This document shows, in pieces, positions 34,246-44,267 of a stretch of DNA of 61,964 nt. The notes under the pieces are model-generated. The model ran no database searches, was not told the DNA's origin, and saw only the letters and a program-made list of their open reading frames with translations. The position numbers were made by a program, and so were the translations under genes. This DNA is from a virus: the IMG/VR virus record IMGVR_UViG_3300029944_000009. One strand, 5' to 3'. Position 1 is the first letter of the stretch; every line of letters starts with the position of its first letter.

Positions 34246-34769
34246 TGGGAGTTGGCTTCGTGAAAAAGACTTTGCGTTACCTCTTTGCCCTACTTGGGCT
34301 GCTGACGCCAGGTCTGGCGCGCGCAGTCTGCTCGTCTACGATCTCTCCGTACTCCTCGCAGCCATCATTCTGGGGCTACAATCCGACGGTAAATGCAGGC
34401 GGCCCGGGGTATTCTAGCCTATCAATGGACGCCACTTGCGATCTGAACGTTGCCATTGTCAGTGGCGGAGGAGGTGGCGGAAGCGCGCCGTATTCCTTTA
34501 CCGGCGTGGCTGGGTCGCAAAGTGCTCTGGCGGTGGCAACATCAACAGCTCTTACGGTACCCGGCACGGCGACTTTCGCCCAGGTCATGGCCATCGGCGG
34601 CAGCGTTAACTATTCCCTCGAAAGCGACCTCACACCGACCGCTACGGTAGGCTTCGTTCTCACCCCCGGCCAACCGCTATGGATACAGGGCGCGACAGTT
34701 GCGACGGCGGCTCGATTCATCGACGCAACAGGGAGCACGGGCACGTTAACCGTGCAGTACTTCAAATGA
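34245..34769 (+). CDS. Fibre-region protein with an N-terminal Sec-type signal peptide
   Basis: MGVGFVKKTLRYLFALLGLLTPGLARA-VC. TAATG-coupled to the tailspike gene. Confidence 0.6.
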   Translation: MGVGFVKKTLRYLFALLGLLTPGLARAVCSSTISPYSSQPSFWGYNPTVNAGGPGYSSLSMDATCDLNVAIVSGGGGGGSAPYSFTGVAGSQSALAVATSTALTVPGTATFAQVMAIGGSVNYSLESDLTPTATVGFVLTPGQPLWIQGATVATAARFIDATGSTGTLTVQYFK

Positions 34770-35659
34770 TTAGGATAATCGCAAGCCTGGTCTTCGCGCT
34801 GTACTTAGGCCCCGCCGCATTCGCGCAGGAGGCACCCGGAGGAAGCCCGTTCGTGGCGCCAAGCACACCCGTTGACGGCATCACGATAGCCAATACTTCC
34901 GGCGCCCTTAGCGCGACAGGAACGCTGCCGGTAATCAACCTTACGGCCGCGACCGGTTCGTACCCAAGCTGGACAACCGCGAGCCCGGTTTTCAACGTTC
35001 CGGCCACGACCTTGAACGATAGCAGCGGCTCGGGAACGATTGCTTTGCGCGGCGCGTACACGCTCAACGGCTGCACATTCTCAGCGTCTGCCGCCGAAAC
35101 TATTACCAACGGGGCGTGCCTATACATAGGTGCGCCCATTGCCGGCGCAAACACCACACTCACGGGTGCCGTTAGCTTGTATACCGCCGGGAGCACAACT
35201 GCCCAAGGGCAGAGCAACGCCTTTAGTTTTAGCGCGTCCTCTTCGGCATTGACGCCTTTTGATGGCTTTAACGCCCCTTCCGGCAATAGCTTAAGTTTCA
35301 CAACAAGTGGTACGGTAGCTGGCACTGTCGATTTACACCAACATTGGCGCATAGGCGGAAGCGGCACGCCAACAATTGCCGCTAATGCCTGCGGGAGTAC
35401 GACACAAGGCACAATTTTGGCGGGAGGAAACGATCAAAGTTTTCAGGTCACGGTGGGCACCGCAGCAGTGACGACGTGCACGATCACCTTTGCCAGCGCC
35501 TTCACCACAGCACCGCGCACAGCTGATCTCACGCCGGCCAATGCAGTTGCTGCGGCGACGGGGACGGCCGCTGCGTATATTAGCGCGTTAAGTACAACTT
35601 CAGTTACGATTACCGGTACCGCTCTGGCCGGCGCTGTGTATTATATCCAGGTGCAATAA
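34766..35659 (+). CDS. Fibre-like protein with an N-terminal Sec-type signal peptide
   Basis: ATGA-coupled ATG at 34766. MIRIIASLVFALYLGPAAFA-QE. Confidence 0.6.
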   Translation: MIRIIASLVFALYLGPAAFAQEAPGGSPFVAPSTPVDGITIANTSGALSATGTLPVINLTAATGSYPSWTTASPVFNVPATTLNDSSGSGTIALRGAYTLNGCTFSASAAETITNGACLYIGAPIAGANTTLTGAVSLYTAGSTTAQGQSNAFSFSASSSALTPFDGFNAPSGNSLSFTTSGTVAGTVDLHQHWRIGGSGTPTIAANACGSTTQGTILAGGNDQSFQVTVGTAAVTTCTITFASAFTTAPRTADLTPANAVAAATGTAAAYISALSTTSVTITGTALAGAVYYIQVQ

Positions 35660-35671
35660 GGGCTTAATCTC

Positions 35672-36328
35672 GTGACCGGTCTTACCAACTACACCTCAAA
35701 CAACGTCCTGAACTACGTAACCGGGCAGACAGCCATGCCGACGCTGCCTGCAGCTTGGCTCGCGTTATTCACTGTGGCGGGCACCGATGCCGGAACCGGG
35801 TTTACAGAGGTTTCCGGTGGCTCATACGTGCGCATGCCAACGGCGGGAGTGTGGACTGCGGCGGTTAGCGGGCCGCCATCTATAGTGGCTAACGGGGGTT
35901 CCGGTATCTCGTTCCCGATATCTACCGCGCCTTGGGGCACCGTCATCGCGTGGGGGCTGTACGATGCCTCGACGAGTGGCAACCTCCTGGCTTGGGATTA
36001 CCTCGGTAGCAATCCGTGGTTTCCGTTCACCTGCACCGGAATGCCGCTAGGCATCATTAACGCCGTCGGTATCACAACCGGGTCAACACCAAACCTTCTT
36101 AACGGGGCTTCCGTGGTATTCAACGCAGAATACGGTGGTGCGCTTCCGGCGGGTCTAACCGGGGGCGTGATTTACACGGTCACCGATCTCGTATCCGATA
36201 CGTTTACCACCGGCGCGCCGATAACGACCAGAGGCTCCGGCATGGTTAGGCAGGTCACTTCGCTGGGTGTTTCCGTCAGCAGCCAGGTGGTTTTCAGTGT
36301 GTCTACGCTAACGATAGCGTCCTCCTAG
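35672..36328 (+). CDS. Hypothetical tail-region protein
   Basis: Track ORF. Begins MTGLTNYTSNNVLNYVTGQ.... Confidence 0.6.
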   Translation: MTGLTNYTSNNVLNYVTGQTAMPTLPAAWLALFTVAGTDAGTGFTEVSGGSYVRMPTAGVWTAAVSGPPSIVANGGSGISFPISTAPWGTVIAWGLYDASTSGNLLAWDYLGSNPWFPFTCTGMPLGIINAVGITTGSTPNLLNGASVVFNAEYGGALPAGLTGGVIYTVTDLVSDTFTTGAPITTRGSGMVRQVTSLGVSVSSQVVFSVSTLTIASS

Positions 36329-36330
36329 CG

Positions 36331-36528
36331 ATGCCGATAGCTTCCGGCCCCGTTGCGTCGCTCCCCGTCGCAGGGAGCTCTGCTGTCATCGCCGTACTTC
36401 TAGCGCGGGCGCAAACTTTATTAACATCGCGCGGGCAGGCGATGCTCGTGGTTAATCGGGCCATTCTTCTTGGAACCACCCAAAAAACTGCGGTATTTGC
36501 GCCAGATGTTAAAATAGGAGAGTTTTAG
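36331..36528 (+). CDS. Hypothetical protein
   Basis: Tightly packed between neighbouring genes. Confidence 0.45.
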   Translation: MPIASGPVASLPVAGSSAVIAVLLARAQTLLTSRGQAMLVVNRAILLGTTQKTAVFAPDVKIGEF

Positions 36529-36852
36529 ATGTCTGGCGCGTTTGCAACAAACCCCACCCCAGTACTGACCGCTAAAGACCCCTATGATGTATCGGTTTGG
36601 ACTTTTGATTTCACCAATACACTAGGGCCTAACGATACGGTGGCGCTTATCGCTGGCGTATCGTGCAACCCTACCGGCCTTGGTATAGGGGCTTCTGCCA
36701 TTGTCAACGGAGTGGGCGGCGCCAGCAAGGCTGTTAGCGCATTGCTTTCAAACGGCGTGATTGGCGTGAAATACCTTGTCACTTGCGACATTCTGACCAC
36801 CAACGGCAACGACTACTCCCGGTCTTTCATTTTGCCTGTTCAAAAACGGTAA
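36529..36852 (+). CDS. Hypothetical tail-region protein
   Basis: Track ORF abutting the upstream stop. Confidence 0.6.
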   Translation: MSGAFATNPTPVLTAKDPYDVSVWTFDFTNTLGPNDTVALIAGVSCNPTGLGIGASAIVNGVGGASKAVSALLSNGVIGVKYLVTCDILTTNGNDYSRSFILPVQKR

Positions 36853-36973
36853 ACCAAAGGTGGCATTAACTACGTGAAATGCGCTAGGAACATACGCAGG
36901 TTGTGGTTGACGACTTAAGGTTAATCTAGCCTACAGGACTTTTTTGTGCTTTCTGGGCTACAGGGGTGGACAC

Positions 36974-37315
36974 GTGAATTCTGATTCAGGCACGCTGCAA
37001 TGGCTGATCGGAACGCTTGTCCTTATCTTTCTCGCCATCGCTGGCGCATTTGGGCAAGTCTTTAGCAGGATCTCAAATGTGAAAAGCGATCTAGACAAGC
37101 AAGTGGCTGAGACACGTACGGAATCTCGAAACGGAGACGAAAAGCTGTGGAGCGCGCATAATTTGCACGTCGGCACAGTGGCCAGTTACCGGGAGGCCAT
37201 AGCCCGGGAACTCGGAGGCGTCGCCAAGAAAACCGATATCGACGCCATGGCCGCAGAGTTCCGCCAGCGCGAAGAACGCATCCTCGCTGCCATACGCGGT
37301 CAAACCACCCATTAA
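36974..37315 (+). CDS. Membrane-anchored coiled-coil protein
   Basis: GTG at 36974 after AGGGGTGGA. One TM segment (LIGTLVLIFLAIAGAFG). Confidence 0.5.
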   Translation: MNSDSGTLQWLIGTLVLIFLAIAGAFGQVFSRISNVKSDLDKQVAETRTESRNGDEKLWSAHNLHVGTVASYREAIARELGGVAKKTDIDAMAAEFRQREERILAAIRGQTTH

Positions 37316-37373
37316 ATCCTAGTCACGCGCCGGGATTGCTGGTAAAGACTTCGGCAACATCCGAGGGTCCAGC

Positions 37374-37745
37374 ATGTCGCCAACCGAGCTTGCCACTGTC
37401 CAGGCCATCATTGACACGGCCGTGCCGCTCCTCGTTACCGCTATTATCGGATATGCCTGCAAGAAGCTGGTAGAGCTTATCCCGGCGCTATCTGGTGTTC
37501 TAACGGCCACGCGCATCGCCCAGGCCGAGAACGCCGTGAGCAATATCGTGGTGGCACGCAGTGACGATATTGCATCCGGTAAGACGACGGTAAAGCAGGC
37601 TGTCGAAGAAGGCGTCGCTGGCTTGAGCCAATCGGCCACGGCAGCCTTGCAACAGCAGGGAACGACCACAGATCAATTCACGGCCCGCGTAACGGGCAGC
37701 GTGATCACTAAACTCGCAACCCCCACCAAGGAACCCAACGCATGA
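37374..37745 (+). CDS. Holin-like protein, reminiscent of the LL-H family (tentative)
   Basis: One TM segment (AVPLLVTAIIGYA) followed by a long hydrophilic tail. Confidence 0.45.
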   Translation: MSPTELATVQAIIDTAVPLLVTAIIGYACKKLVELIPALSGVLTATRIAQAENAVSNIVVARSDDIASGKTTVKQAVEEGVAGLSQSATAALQQQGTTTDQFTARVTGSVITKLATPTKEPNA

Positions 37746-38347
37746 CAAATTTTATTGAAACCCTGTTCGACGATGTTAAAGCCCTTTGGGCTAAAGTCTT
37801 CGGCGCCGAGGGCGCCACTCTCGCAGCGGCCGTTATCAATGACGCGCAGCTTATCGGCAACGGGCTGAATAGCGCGCTGACGACTTTTCAGAGCATCACG
37901 GGTCTGGGCTCGGCCACGATCACCAGCATCCAGGCGCATATCAACGCCATTGTGAAAGATGCAACGGCCGTGGCCACTGCCGTGGAAACAAGCGTGGCCA
38001 AGGGTCCGGTAGCCGATATCCAGAACACCTGGACTTCTCTGCTGTCCATTCTTGACGGCGTGACGCTGCCGGAAGTGCTGGAAGACGTGATTAAAGCGGT
38101 TAATACTTTGCTGCCGTACATTGAAGCTGGCGTCGGCATTTTGACCGCTTCGGTTGTTAAAACAGCCGAAGCCACGGGCCTTAGTGCTGATGAAGCGCGG
38201 TTGATTCTGGGCGGCGAAGCTAAGGTCTCCGCTACGGAGCCCGCGCCCGCTTACCCGACAAACCCGATTGCCGATGATTCGGCTCCTTTTACGGCGCCCG
38301 CTTACCCGACAAACCCGATTGCCGACGATTCGGCTCCCCTCGTCTAG
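37742..38347 (+). CDS. Hypothetical protein with a 17-aa C-terminal tandem repeat
   Basis: APAYPTNPIADDSAPFT x2, from a 51-bp repeat starting at 38243 and 38294. Confidence 0.55.
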   Translation: MTNFIETLFDDVKALWAKVFGAEGATLAAAVINDAQLIGNGLNSALTTFQSITGLGSATITSIQAHINAIVKDATAVATAVETSVAKGPVADIQNTWTSLLSILDGVTLPEVLEDVIKAVNTLLPYIEAGVGILTASVVKTAEATGLSADEARLILGGEAKVSATEPAPAYPTNPIADDSAPFTAPAYPTNPIADDSAPLV

Positions 38348-38535
38348 TGAGTTTTATTCTATCCATCCTGGCAAGCGTCTTCGGGCGCTTGTTCGGTGGC
38401 CTCGCTGCGCGGCTATTCCCCGCCTCAAGCTTTGCGCAGCGAGCCGTCAACAAGGAGAGGCAGGAGGCCGAGGATGTCGATACCCAAACCACACAAAAAG
38501 CAACCGAGCAGAAGCTGCGCGATGGGAATTTCTAA
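38347..38535 (+). CDS. Small N-terminal TM protein, possibly the i-spanin-like partner
   Basis: MSFILSILASVFGRLFGGLAARLF followed by a charged tail. Overlaps the lipoprotein gene by 14 nt. Confidence 0.5.
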   Translation: MSFILSILASVFGRLFGGLAARLFPASSFAQRAVNKERQEAEDVDTQTTQKATEQKLRDGNF

Positions 38536-38743
38536 ACTCCTCGCGCTTCTTGTACTCGCGTCCTGCACACAATGCCCAGCGCCTTCGTACGTGAGCGCAT
38601 GCCCACCCCTCGTAAAATACACGCCACAGTTCGAGCAGAGCGCCGCTGACCAACTGGCCACTATCCCGGATGGCTCGCCTATTTCTACCATGCTTATCGA
38701 TTACGGAAATCTGCGCCAAGCGGTCAGGACTTGCCAAAAATGA
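38522..38743 (+). CDS. Lipoprotein, o-spanin-like
   Basis: Lipobox in LLALLVLASC. ATG at 38522 inside track ORF 38396..38743. Confidence 0.6.
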   Translation: MGISKLLALLVLASCTQCPAPSYVSACPPLVKYTPQFEQSAADQLATIPDGSPISTMLIDYGNLRQAVRTCQK

Positions 38744-38826
38744 AATATGTTCGCCTCGCTGCGATAGGACTGACCACCTGGGCGGTGGTCGCAGGCATCG
38801 TGTTCCTTTTTGTGGAGAAGCTTTAA
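38740..38826 (+). CDS. 28-aa single-TM peptide
   Basis: ATGA-coupled. Translation MKYVRLAAIGLTTWAVVAGIVFLFVEKL. Its stop abuts the next ATG (TAAATG). Confidence 0.35.
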   Translation: MKYVRLAAIGLTTWAVVAGIVFLFVEKL

Positions 38827-39492
38827 ATGAGTTTGCGCCCCGCCGATTACGCCAGGATGAAGTTGGGGGTGCACAAAAATTGGTCTCCGGTGGCACCCGC
38901 CCAGCGTGTTGCGGCGGCGCCGCAGAAAACCCTCCCACCCTTCGCGTACAGCAGAGTCATGCCGACGCCCCGCGTATTGGGGCACAATGACTTAGTTGGG
39001 GATTGCGTTCCCACGGGCTGCTGCCAGGCTGTTCAAACACTGCTCGGTAGGGCCGGTAATTTCACGCCGCTGAGTAATGATCTGCCGTTGGCCATATACT
39101 CTGAGGTGACCGGCTATAATCCGGCGGAGCCAAACACAGATCAAGGCACAGACCCTAACGCCATGTTCGATTGGTGGAAGCAGAACGCCATTGCCGGGTA
39201 CCGGCTGGCGGGCGCAACCGTCATCGATATAGCGGATTACGCACTAGAAAGCGCGGTAGCGGAGAATGGCTTCGTATGCGGCGTGGTCGCGCTTTCCCTA
39301 GAGCAACAAAATCAGATCGATTGGACTGCCGCAGGCACGCCCGGGTCGTGGGGTATGCATTTTATTGTTTTTGACCAGTACGATGGCGATACCGGTTTTA
39401 CGAAATGGGGATCGTCTGGGTGGCTTGACGGCAGCATGTTTACGCAAGGCTTCGTTCAGCAGCTTTATGTCTTGGAGCTCGCGCAAGCGTGA
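38827..39492 (+). CDS. Papain-like cysteine peptidase, candidate endolysin
   Basis: NDLVGDCVPTGCC (catalytic Cys context) and WGMHFIVF (His). Confidence 0.55.
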   Translation: MSLRPADYARMKLGVHKNWSPVAPAQRVAAAPQKTLPPFAYSRVMPTPRVLGHNDLVGDCVPTGCCQAVQTLLGRAGNFTPLSNDLPLAIYSEVTGYNPAEPNTDQGTDPNAMFDWWKQNAIAGYRLAGATVIDIADYALESAVAENGFVCGVVALSLEQQNQIDWTAAGTPGSWGMHFIVFDQYDGDTGFTKWGSSGWLDGSMFTQGFVQQLYVLELAQA

Positions 39493-39968
39493 CAAATTTA
39501 ACACAGGTCAAGAACAGCATCATTCAGCCTGTGTTGGATACGCTGCCGTCTGCGCTTACCTCTCCGGCCGCGCTCAATCTCCTCGCCTATACTTTCCTCG
39601 CTGAATCCGGTGGCGGCGAGTATGTTACCCAGTTAGGCGGCGGCCCGGCGCTCGGCCCCTTCCAAATGGAGCCGGCGACGCATGACGATTGCTGGCGGAA
39701 CTATTTGGACTACGAGCCGGTCCTTGCCGACGCTGGGCGGCGCTTGGCGTGTGGCAGCGCGCCCACCGCGCAACAATTGGCGGGGAATTGGCTCTACGCG
39801 GCGTTCATGTGCCGGATCAAGTATGCCAGAAGCCCTTTGTCGCTGCCCGCCGCCAATGACGCAGCTGGATTGGTAGCATACTGGAAGCAGATATATAACT
39901 CGGCTCTCGGCGCCGGGGCGGCGGATACCGCGCATGCCGCCTTAGCCGAGCAAGCCATAGCGGCTTGA
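39489..39968 (+). CDS. Lytic transglycosylase/lysozyme-like protein
   Basis: LAESGGGEYVTQLGGGPALGPFQME gives the E-S ... G-x-F-Q pattern. Confidence 0.55.
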   Translation: MTNLTQVKNSIIQPVLDTLPSALTSPAALNLLAYTFLAESGGGEYVTQLGGGPALGPFQMEPATHDDCWRNYLDYEPVLADAGRRLACGSAPTAQQLAGNWLYAAFMCRIKYARSPLSLPAANDAAGLVAYWKQIYNSALGAGAADTAHAALAEQAIAA

Positions 39969-40023
39969 TGCTGGACAGCAGCCTAACCAAAGTGTTACAG
40001 GTTGGTACTCAGGAGGCGCAACC

Positions 40024-40806
40024 TTGACTACCGGTCTTTCATACGACGGCAGCGTATCGGGTACGTCAACCTTTGTCGGGCAGCTCGCCGAGCTTGCCGT
40101 CATCCCCAGCACGGATATAAATTTTCAAAACATCCTGCCGATGGCCATTTCGTATGCGGAAAACCGCATATACCGCGATCTGGATCTGCTTGCTGCCATC
40201 TCGCCGTTTTACACGAGCAGCTCAACCGGGTTTGCGCTGACGGCCGGTCAGCGTTTTTTCAACGTGCCGGTCGATACGTTCATGACGATACAGAATATTT
40301 CCGTCGTCACCACACCGGGCGCGCCTATTGGTTCGGCGCCGCGCCAACCGCTCCTGGCTGTGACACGGGATTTCATCGACAATATCTACGGCGATCCGTC
40401 GGTACAAGCCATTCCGCAGTATTTCGCGATCTTAAGCCAGGGCCTAGATCCTAATGCCCTGGTCTACAGCTTTCAGATCTTGCTCGGGCCAACGCCGGAT
40501 CAGGCGTACCCCCTCGATATTATGGGGGCGCAGCGGCCGCTCTCGCTTAGCTCGACCAACGAAACGACGTTTATCTCGCTGTACCTTCCTGAGCTTATGC
40601 TCATGGCGGCTATGGTGTACATATCAGGGTACCAGAGGAATTGGTCGGGTTCATCCGCCAACGATCCGCAGCAGCCCATTAACTACGAGATGCAGTACCA
40701 AACTCTGCTCAAGAACGCGGGCGCCGAGGAGGCGCGTAAAAAATATCAGGCGTCCGGGTGGACCGCTTTATCGGCCGCGCCGGCTGCTTCGCCCGCGCGG
40801 GTCTAG
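40024..40806 (+). CDS. Tail-tube/adaptor protein, positionally like T7 gp11
   Basis: TTG start 7 nt after AGGAGG. It precedes a tail protein of about 770 aa. Confidence 0.55.
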   Translation: MTTGLSYDGSVSGTSTFVGQLAELAVIPSTDINFQNILPMAISYAENRIYRDLDLLAAISPFYTSSSTGFALTAGQRFFNVPVDTFMTIQNISVVTTPGAPIGSAPRQPLLAVTRDFIDNIYGDPSVQAIPQYFAILSQGLDPNALVYSFQILLGPTPDQAYPLDIMGAQRPLSLSSTNETTFISLYLPELMLMAAMVYISGYQRNWSGSSANDPQQPINYEMQYQTLLKNAGAEEARKKYQASGWTALSAAPAASPARV

Positions 40807-40809
40807 CGC

Positions 40810-43128
40810 ATGGCGCACCAGAGCTTAAAATTACAACCCGGGGTCGATAGCAATTTAACTCCGGCGTATAACGAGAGTGGAATCAGCGCGTCGAATCTCA
40901 TAAGGTTCTTGCCCGATCCGTCTGGCCGCGCCCTAGTTCAAAGTTTAGGCGGCTGGGTGCCTTACTACGCCACGCCTATCGCCAGCACAGTCTATAATAT
41001 CTGGCCTTGGGAAGATATCAACACCGCAACGCATCTGGCCGTAGGCTCGGCTGGCGGCACCGGCTTGCCCGCGCTCACGGTTATCCAGAACAATGCCTCG
41101 GCCGTGTTACAAGCGAACGACATAACGCCACAGCAATTTACGCTTAGCACGCCCATGACCACAGCCGTTGTCACTACGACGGCCGGCAGTCCGTTTGTGC
41201 TCTTCACCATCGCCGGGAGCGAGGTAACGCCGTTCGATAGTGTGATTATCGAAACCCCCGTCGCAGCGGGCGGCCTTATCCTCTACGGTCTGTACCCGAT
41301 CATAGCGGGCGACGGCAACACCGAGTTTACTATCGAAGCCACGGATGTTCTAGGCAACCCGCTCCCGGCATATTGGACAACCACCAGCGCGCCAACCACA
41401 GCGGCTTCAGGCACGGGCACCACCGCTACGCTCACGTATTCCGGCGGCTTCTTGTTTCCTTCCGGCGCCATCGTCACAATCGCAGGTGTCACACCGACGG
41501 GCTATAATGCTGTTGACGTAGTGGAGACCGGCAGTTCGGGTAGCGTAAGCTATGCCAACCCGACGACGGGCGCTCAGACTGTCGCGGGCACGATCAGCAC
41601 TTGGGCGCAATTGCCGCAGTACACCACCGCCAATGGCTCGGCTATTGTCTCCGTGCTTTTGCCCAACCACGGGTATACCGCCGGGGTGTCCACTTTCCCC
41701 GCGCTGGTCTCCACTACGCTAGGCGGCGTAACGATCCTGGGCGAGTACCAGGTCGCGTCTGTCGTATCACAAAGTGTTTTCACCATCGTGGCTTCTAAGC
41801 TGGCCACGAGCAACGCCACCGCGTTCGAGAACGGCAACAACATCGCGTTCCAGTTCTATGCCGGCCAGGGCGCACTTCCGAACGCTTCCGGCTACGGCAT
41901 CGGCGGCTACGGCCTCGGCGGCTACGGTACCGGCATCGCAGGCACCGCGCACCCATCCACCAATATAGTCGCCACGGATTGGACTCTCGCCAACTGGGGT
42001 AATATCCTACTCGCATGCCCATTCGGTGGCCCCATCTTCATGTGGGACCCGACACAAACCACATTAACCAACCCCGTTAACGCCACGGTCATCGCGCAAG
42101 CACCACCGGCCAACGCCGGGATGTTTGTGGCGATGCCTGAACGGCAGATTGTCGCGTGGGGTTCGACAGTTACTGGTATCATGGACCCGTTACTTATCCG
42201 CTGGTGCGATGTCGAAAATTTCACGGTCTGGGCAGGGCAACCGACAAACCAAGCAGGCGAATATCGTATTCCCACCGGTTCTAAAATCATCGGCGGGGGC
42301 CAGACACCGCAGCAAGGGCTGTTCTGGACAGATATCGGCGTATGGGCACAACAGTATGTTGGCCAACCATTCATCTATAGCTTCACCGAACTCGGGCGCG
42401 GCTGCGGCTTGGTCGCGCCCAAAGCGTTCGGCGTCCTCGGCGGCCAAGTCTTTTGGATGTCTCAGAACCAATTTTTTGTGCTGGTAAGCGGCCTCCCGGA
42501 GCCGCTGCCTTGTCCGGTTTGGGATATCGCTTTCCAGGATCTCGATACCGCGCAGCTGGGCGCGATTCGCTGCGCCACGAATTCCTATTTTAATGAAATC
42601 GCATGGTACTTCCCGGTAATCGGCTCGAACGGCATCAATACTAAATACGTGAAGTTTAATTACGTGCTGCAAGCCTGGGATTACGGAACGCTTGGCCGCG
42701 CGGCGTGGACAGATCAATCCGTTCTCGGGGCGCCCATTGGCGCCGGCACCGATAATTTTCTTTATCAGCACGAAGTAGGTAGCACCGCGAATGGGGCGCC
42801 GATGGCGTCTAGCTTCACTACCGGCTACTTCTCGATGAACGAAGGCGATATGAAAGTCTTTATCGACGAGATCTGGCCGGATATGAAATGGGGCCAGTAT
42901 CAGGGCGCGCAGAATGCCCAGGTGGATGTTACCTTCAGCATCACTGATTACCCGAACCAGCCGCCCGTGGTATATGGGCCATATAGCTTCAACGCCACAA
43001 GCACCTACCTCACGCCGCGCATGCGAGGGCGCCTCATGGCGATCACAGTGCGCAGCGCACCGGCCAACACCACCTTCTGGCGCCTCGGAAACCTGCGCTA
43101 CCGCGCCATGCCAGATGGGAAGTACTAA
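40810..43128 (+). CDS. Large tail-tube/nozzle protein, positionally like T7 gp12
   Basis: Size of 772 aa and gene order relative to the internal-core genes. Confidence 0.6.
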   Translation: MAHQSLKLQPGVDSNLTPAYNESGISASNLIRFLPDPSGRALVQSLGGWVPYYATPIASTVYNIWPWEDINTATHLAVGSAGGTGLPALTVIQNNASAVLQANDITPQQFTLSTPMTTAVVTTTAGSPFVLFTIAGSEVTPFDSVIIETPVAAGGLILYGLYPIIAGDGNTEFTIEATDVLGNPLPAYWTTTSAPTTAASGTGTTATLTYSGGFLFPSGAIVTIAGVTPTGYNAVDVVETGSSGSVSYANPTTGAQTVAGTISTWAQLPQYTTANGSAIVSVLLPNHGYTAGVSTFPALVSTTLGGVTILGEYQVASVVSQSVFTIVASKLATSNATAFENGNNIAFQFYAGQGALPNASGYGIGGYGLGGYGTGIAGTAHPSTNIVATDWTLANWGNILLACPFGGPIFMWDPTQTTLTNPVNATVIAQAPPANAGMFVAMPERQIVAWGSTVTGIMDPLLIRWCDVENFTVWAGQPTNQAGEYRIPTGSKIIGGGQTPQQGLFWTDIGVWAQQYVGQPFIYSFTELGRGCGLVAPKAFGVLGGQVFWMSQNQFFVLVSGLPEPLPCPVWDIAFQDLDTAQLGAIRCATNSYFNEIAWYFPVIGSNGINTKYVKFNYVLQAWDYGTLGRAAWTDQSVLGAPIGAGTDNFLYQHEVGSTANGAPMASSFTTGYFSMNEGDMKVFIDEIWPDMKWGQYQGAQNAQVDVTFSITDYPNQPPVVYGPYSFNATSTYLTPRMRGRLMAITVRSAPANTTFWRLGNLRYRAMPDGKY

Positions 43129-43466
43129 TGATCGGCCTAAGCGATATTCTCTCCGCGATCAAGAACCTCGTGCAGGCCACCTCGGCCCTGTCTATTCAGT
43201 ATCAGACATCTGCTACCGTGACCGTGCCTACACTGATCGTGACGGGTTCCGGCACCCTTTTTAATATTTCTGTCGTCGTACCGGGCTCGGCCGCAGGCAC
43301 CGTCTACAACACCAGCGCGACGAACACTGTTCTGCCGGCCAACGCGCTTATGGTCATTCCCGACACCGCTGGCGTATACCCAGCCGCGCTTACCTATGGC
43401 GTTGGGCTTGTTGTCGTTCCGGGTACCGGCCAGTCGGTCAACATCACATATACAAAGGCGTCCTGA
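43128..43466 (+). CDS. Hypothetical virion protein
   Basis: Coupled ORF (TAATG). Confidence 0.55.
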   Translation: MIGLSDILSAIKNLVQATSALSIQYQTSATVTVPTLIVTGSGTLFNISVVVPGSAAGTVYNTSATNTVLPANALMVIPDTAGVYPAALTYGVGLVVVPGTGQSVNITYTKAS

Positions 43467-43468
43467 CC

Positions 43469-44254
43469 ATGCCGCTCCTCCCCGGTAAAAACGAGATCGG
43501 CCACAACATCGAGGAAATGGAAAAAGCGGGGCACCCCCGTGCGCAAGCCATAGCGGCAGCCTTGAATACCGCACGCCGCGCGCACCGGGAAGAAGGCGGC
43601 CCGCTGCAGCCGCCCCCCGGCCCCGCACTTCGCCAGCCGGTACCGGCGAATACTGGTATCAATACGCCCGGCGGCATCCCCGGCGTAGAAGGCATCGCGC
43701 CTATTTCAGGTTTCGGGAACGAACCGGCTGAGAGCAGCGGCCTCGGCCCGGAAGCACCGACCAAAATCCACACCGGCCCAATCCGCTCGCAAGTATCCGG
43801 CCGCACCGATCATCTGCCCGTGCATGTGCCGTCTGGTGCGTACGTCATTCCAGCCGATATCGTTAGCGCCATGGGTGAAGGTAACACCGAGGCCGGGTTC
43901 AAGGTGGCTAAATCCATTTTTGCACAACCGTTCTACGGCACCAAACGCCCCGGCGATGCAGACCCTTACGACCCCAGTGCGCTGCCGTACGACGCTAATG
44001 CCCGGCCTTATTCGCACGAAGAGACGCCGTACAGCCAGCCGATGCCGGGAAAGGCTGCCGGCGGAGCGCACGGCGACCAGGGCGTGCCTGTGGTCCTCGC
44101 GGGCGGCGAGTTCGTCGTAAATCCCGGCGAAGTGCGGCATGTAGGCGAAGGAAATCTCGATGATGGGCATAAATCCCTAGACCAATTCGTTTTACAGATG
44201 CGCCACAAGACTGTTAAGACGTTGAAGAACCTCCCTGGTCCGAAGACCTCATAA
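43469..44254 (+). CDS. Internal virion protein (tentative)
   Basis: Position. Contains GHPRAQAIAAALNTARRAHREEGG and GAYVIPADIVSAMGEGNTEAG motifs. Confidence 0.55.
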   Translation: MPLLPGKNEIGHNIEEMEKAGHPRAQAIAAALNTARRAHREEGGPLQPPPGPALRQPVPANTGINTPGGIPGVEGIAPISGFGNEPAESSGLGPEAPTKIHTGPIRSQVSGRTDHLPVHVPSGAYVIPADIVSAMGEGNTEAGFKVAKSIFAQPFYGTKRPGDADPYDPSALPYDANARPYSHEETPYSQPMPGKAAGGAHGDQGVPVVLAGGEFVVNPGEVRHVGEGNLDDGHKSLDQFVLQMRHKTVKTLKNLPGPKTS

Positions 44255-44267
44255 AGGACGCTCCACG

